A stretch of 5,706 bases of DNA from Candidatus Vampirococcus lugosii (lineage in GTDB: Bacteria; Patescibacteriota; Gracilibacteria; Absconditabacterales; Absconditicoccaceae). Under the pieces are notes generated by a model. It saw only the letters and a list, made by a program, of their open reading frames with translations. It was not told where the DNA came from and did not search any database. Numbering within the stretch: the stretch's first letter is position 1; every line of letters begins with the position of its first letter. The position numbers were made by a program, and so were the translations under genes. The stretch is taken from contig NZ_JAEDAM010000070.1 of assembly GCF_018420025.1 (NCBI RefSeq), forward strand, positions 1-5,706, given 5' to 3'. Of this stretch, positions 5,398 to 5,706 are shown in pieces.

Positions 5398-5706
5398 ATG
5401 ACAGAAAAAATGAATCAAAATATGGAAACAGTTGAACAAGTAGATACAAATAAACAAACTCTTGTAAATAATACAAAACAAAGATTGTCAGAAGTTATGA
5501 AGCAAGTATGAAAAGTACCAGAATCATTAAAAGAATTTGCAGAAAATATGAGACAAAACACAAATCCAAAAACAGTATTGTTAACAGCAATAATTTTTTC
5601 ATTATGAAGTGGAGTAGTAAATGCAAGCCAAAGTGGTCAAGATATATTGGATCAAGCTATATCTTCATGAGATTCAGAATGATTTGTAGTACAAATGTTT
5701 GAAAAT
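5398..5706 (+). CDS. Small hypothetical protein, copy 2 (partial, 103 codons to the window end), carrying a 36-residue N-terminal extension (23 of them encoded outside the repeat) that copy 1 lacks
   Basis: ATG 5398, table 25: MTEKMNQNMETVEQVDTNKQTLVNNTKQRLSEVMKQVGKVPESLKEFAENMRQNTNPKTVLLTAIIFSLGSGVVNASQSGQDILDQAISSGDSEGFVVQMFEN... From codon 24 onward it is nearly identical to copy 1, with amino-acid differences I->V and K->Q. Confidence 0.7.
5468..5706 (+). repeat. Right copy of the 239-bp direct repeat (partner 163-401)
   Basis: See the left copy. It is truncated by the window end, so the true repeat may extend up to about 174 bp further, to the equivalent of 575. Confidence 0.95.

Noticed and set aside
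5508-5702. Standard-code + strand ORF (64 aa, MKSTRIIKRICRK...) from the supplied track
   Set aside because: It is in a different frame from the table-25 gene starting at ATG 5398. The 5 differences between the two repeat copies are mostly synonymous in the table-25 frame, and in copy 1 the equivalent of this ORF hits an in-frame TAA (322-324) created by two of those substitutions. Its Lys/Arg/Ser-rich product looks like an out-of-frame reading of AT-rich coding DNA.
1-5706. TGA = Trp (table 4, Mycoplasma/Spiroplasma-like) as the explanation for sense TGA codons
   Set aside because: It would place Trp at the invariant glycines of methyltransferase motif I (DAWCWTG), class II aaRS motif 3 (SWFWMWW) and the S66 signatures. 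Glycine fits all of them.
163-5706. The terminal repeat as evidence of a circular 5.3-kb replicon, or an assembly wrap-around
   Set aside because: The copies differ at 5 positions. The sequence upstream of the left copy (1-162) is unrelated to the sequence upstream of the right copy (5169-5467), so the window does not simply circularise.
1-5706. CRISPR arrays, tRNA or rRNA genes, transposase or integrase genes, and inverted terminal repeats
   Set aside because: I found no spaced short repeats, no cloverleaf-compatible GC-rich segments and no reading frame with recombinase-like motifs on either strand. The only long repeat is the direct duplication of the small gene.

Overview
The window is very AT-rich and looks almost ORF-free under the standard code. 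It becomes densely coding once TGA is read as glycine (translation table 25, Gracilibacteria/BD1-5 or Absconditabacteria/SR1; I cannot tell which). In-frame TGA codons fall on invariant glycines of three unrelated protein families, so the supplied standard-code ORF track is largely artefactual. All clear genes are on the + strand. In order they are: a small protein with one hydrophobic segment (192-575); a four-gene co-directional cluster; and a second, about 98% identical copy of the small-protein gene (5398 to the window end). The cluster contains an AsnRS/AspRS-type class IIb aminoacyl-tRNA-synthetase-like protein (about 806-1921, start unresolved), a class I SAM-dependent methyltransferase (1957-2799), a roughly 407-codon unknown protein frame (2866-4089) and an S66 serine peptidase of the LD-carboxypeptidase/MccF family (4152-5168). 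The unknown frame is interrupted by one in-frame TAA at 3724-3726 and shows weak, by-eye HisRS/HisZ-like motifs. The two small-gene copies form a 239-bp direct repeat with a 5305-bp period that brackets the cluster. Main leads: the recoding itself; an adenylate-forming aaRS-like enzyme, a methyltransferase and an MccF-type hydrolase side by side, which suggests aminoacyl-adenylate (microcin-C-like) chemistry or immunity; the interrupted gene; the missing start codon of the aaRS-like gene; and the flanking repeat. I found no tRNA, rRNA, CRISPR array, transposase or integrase.
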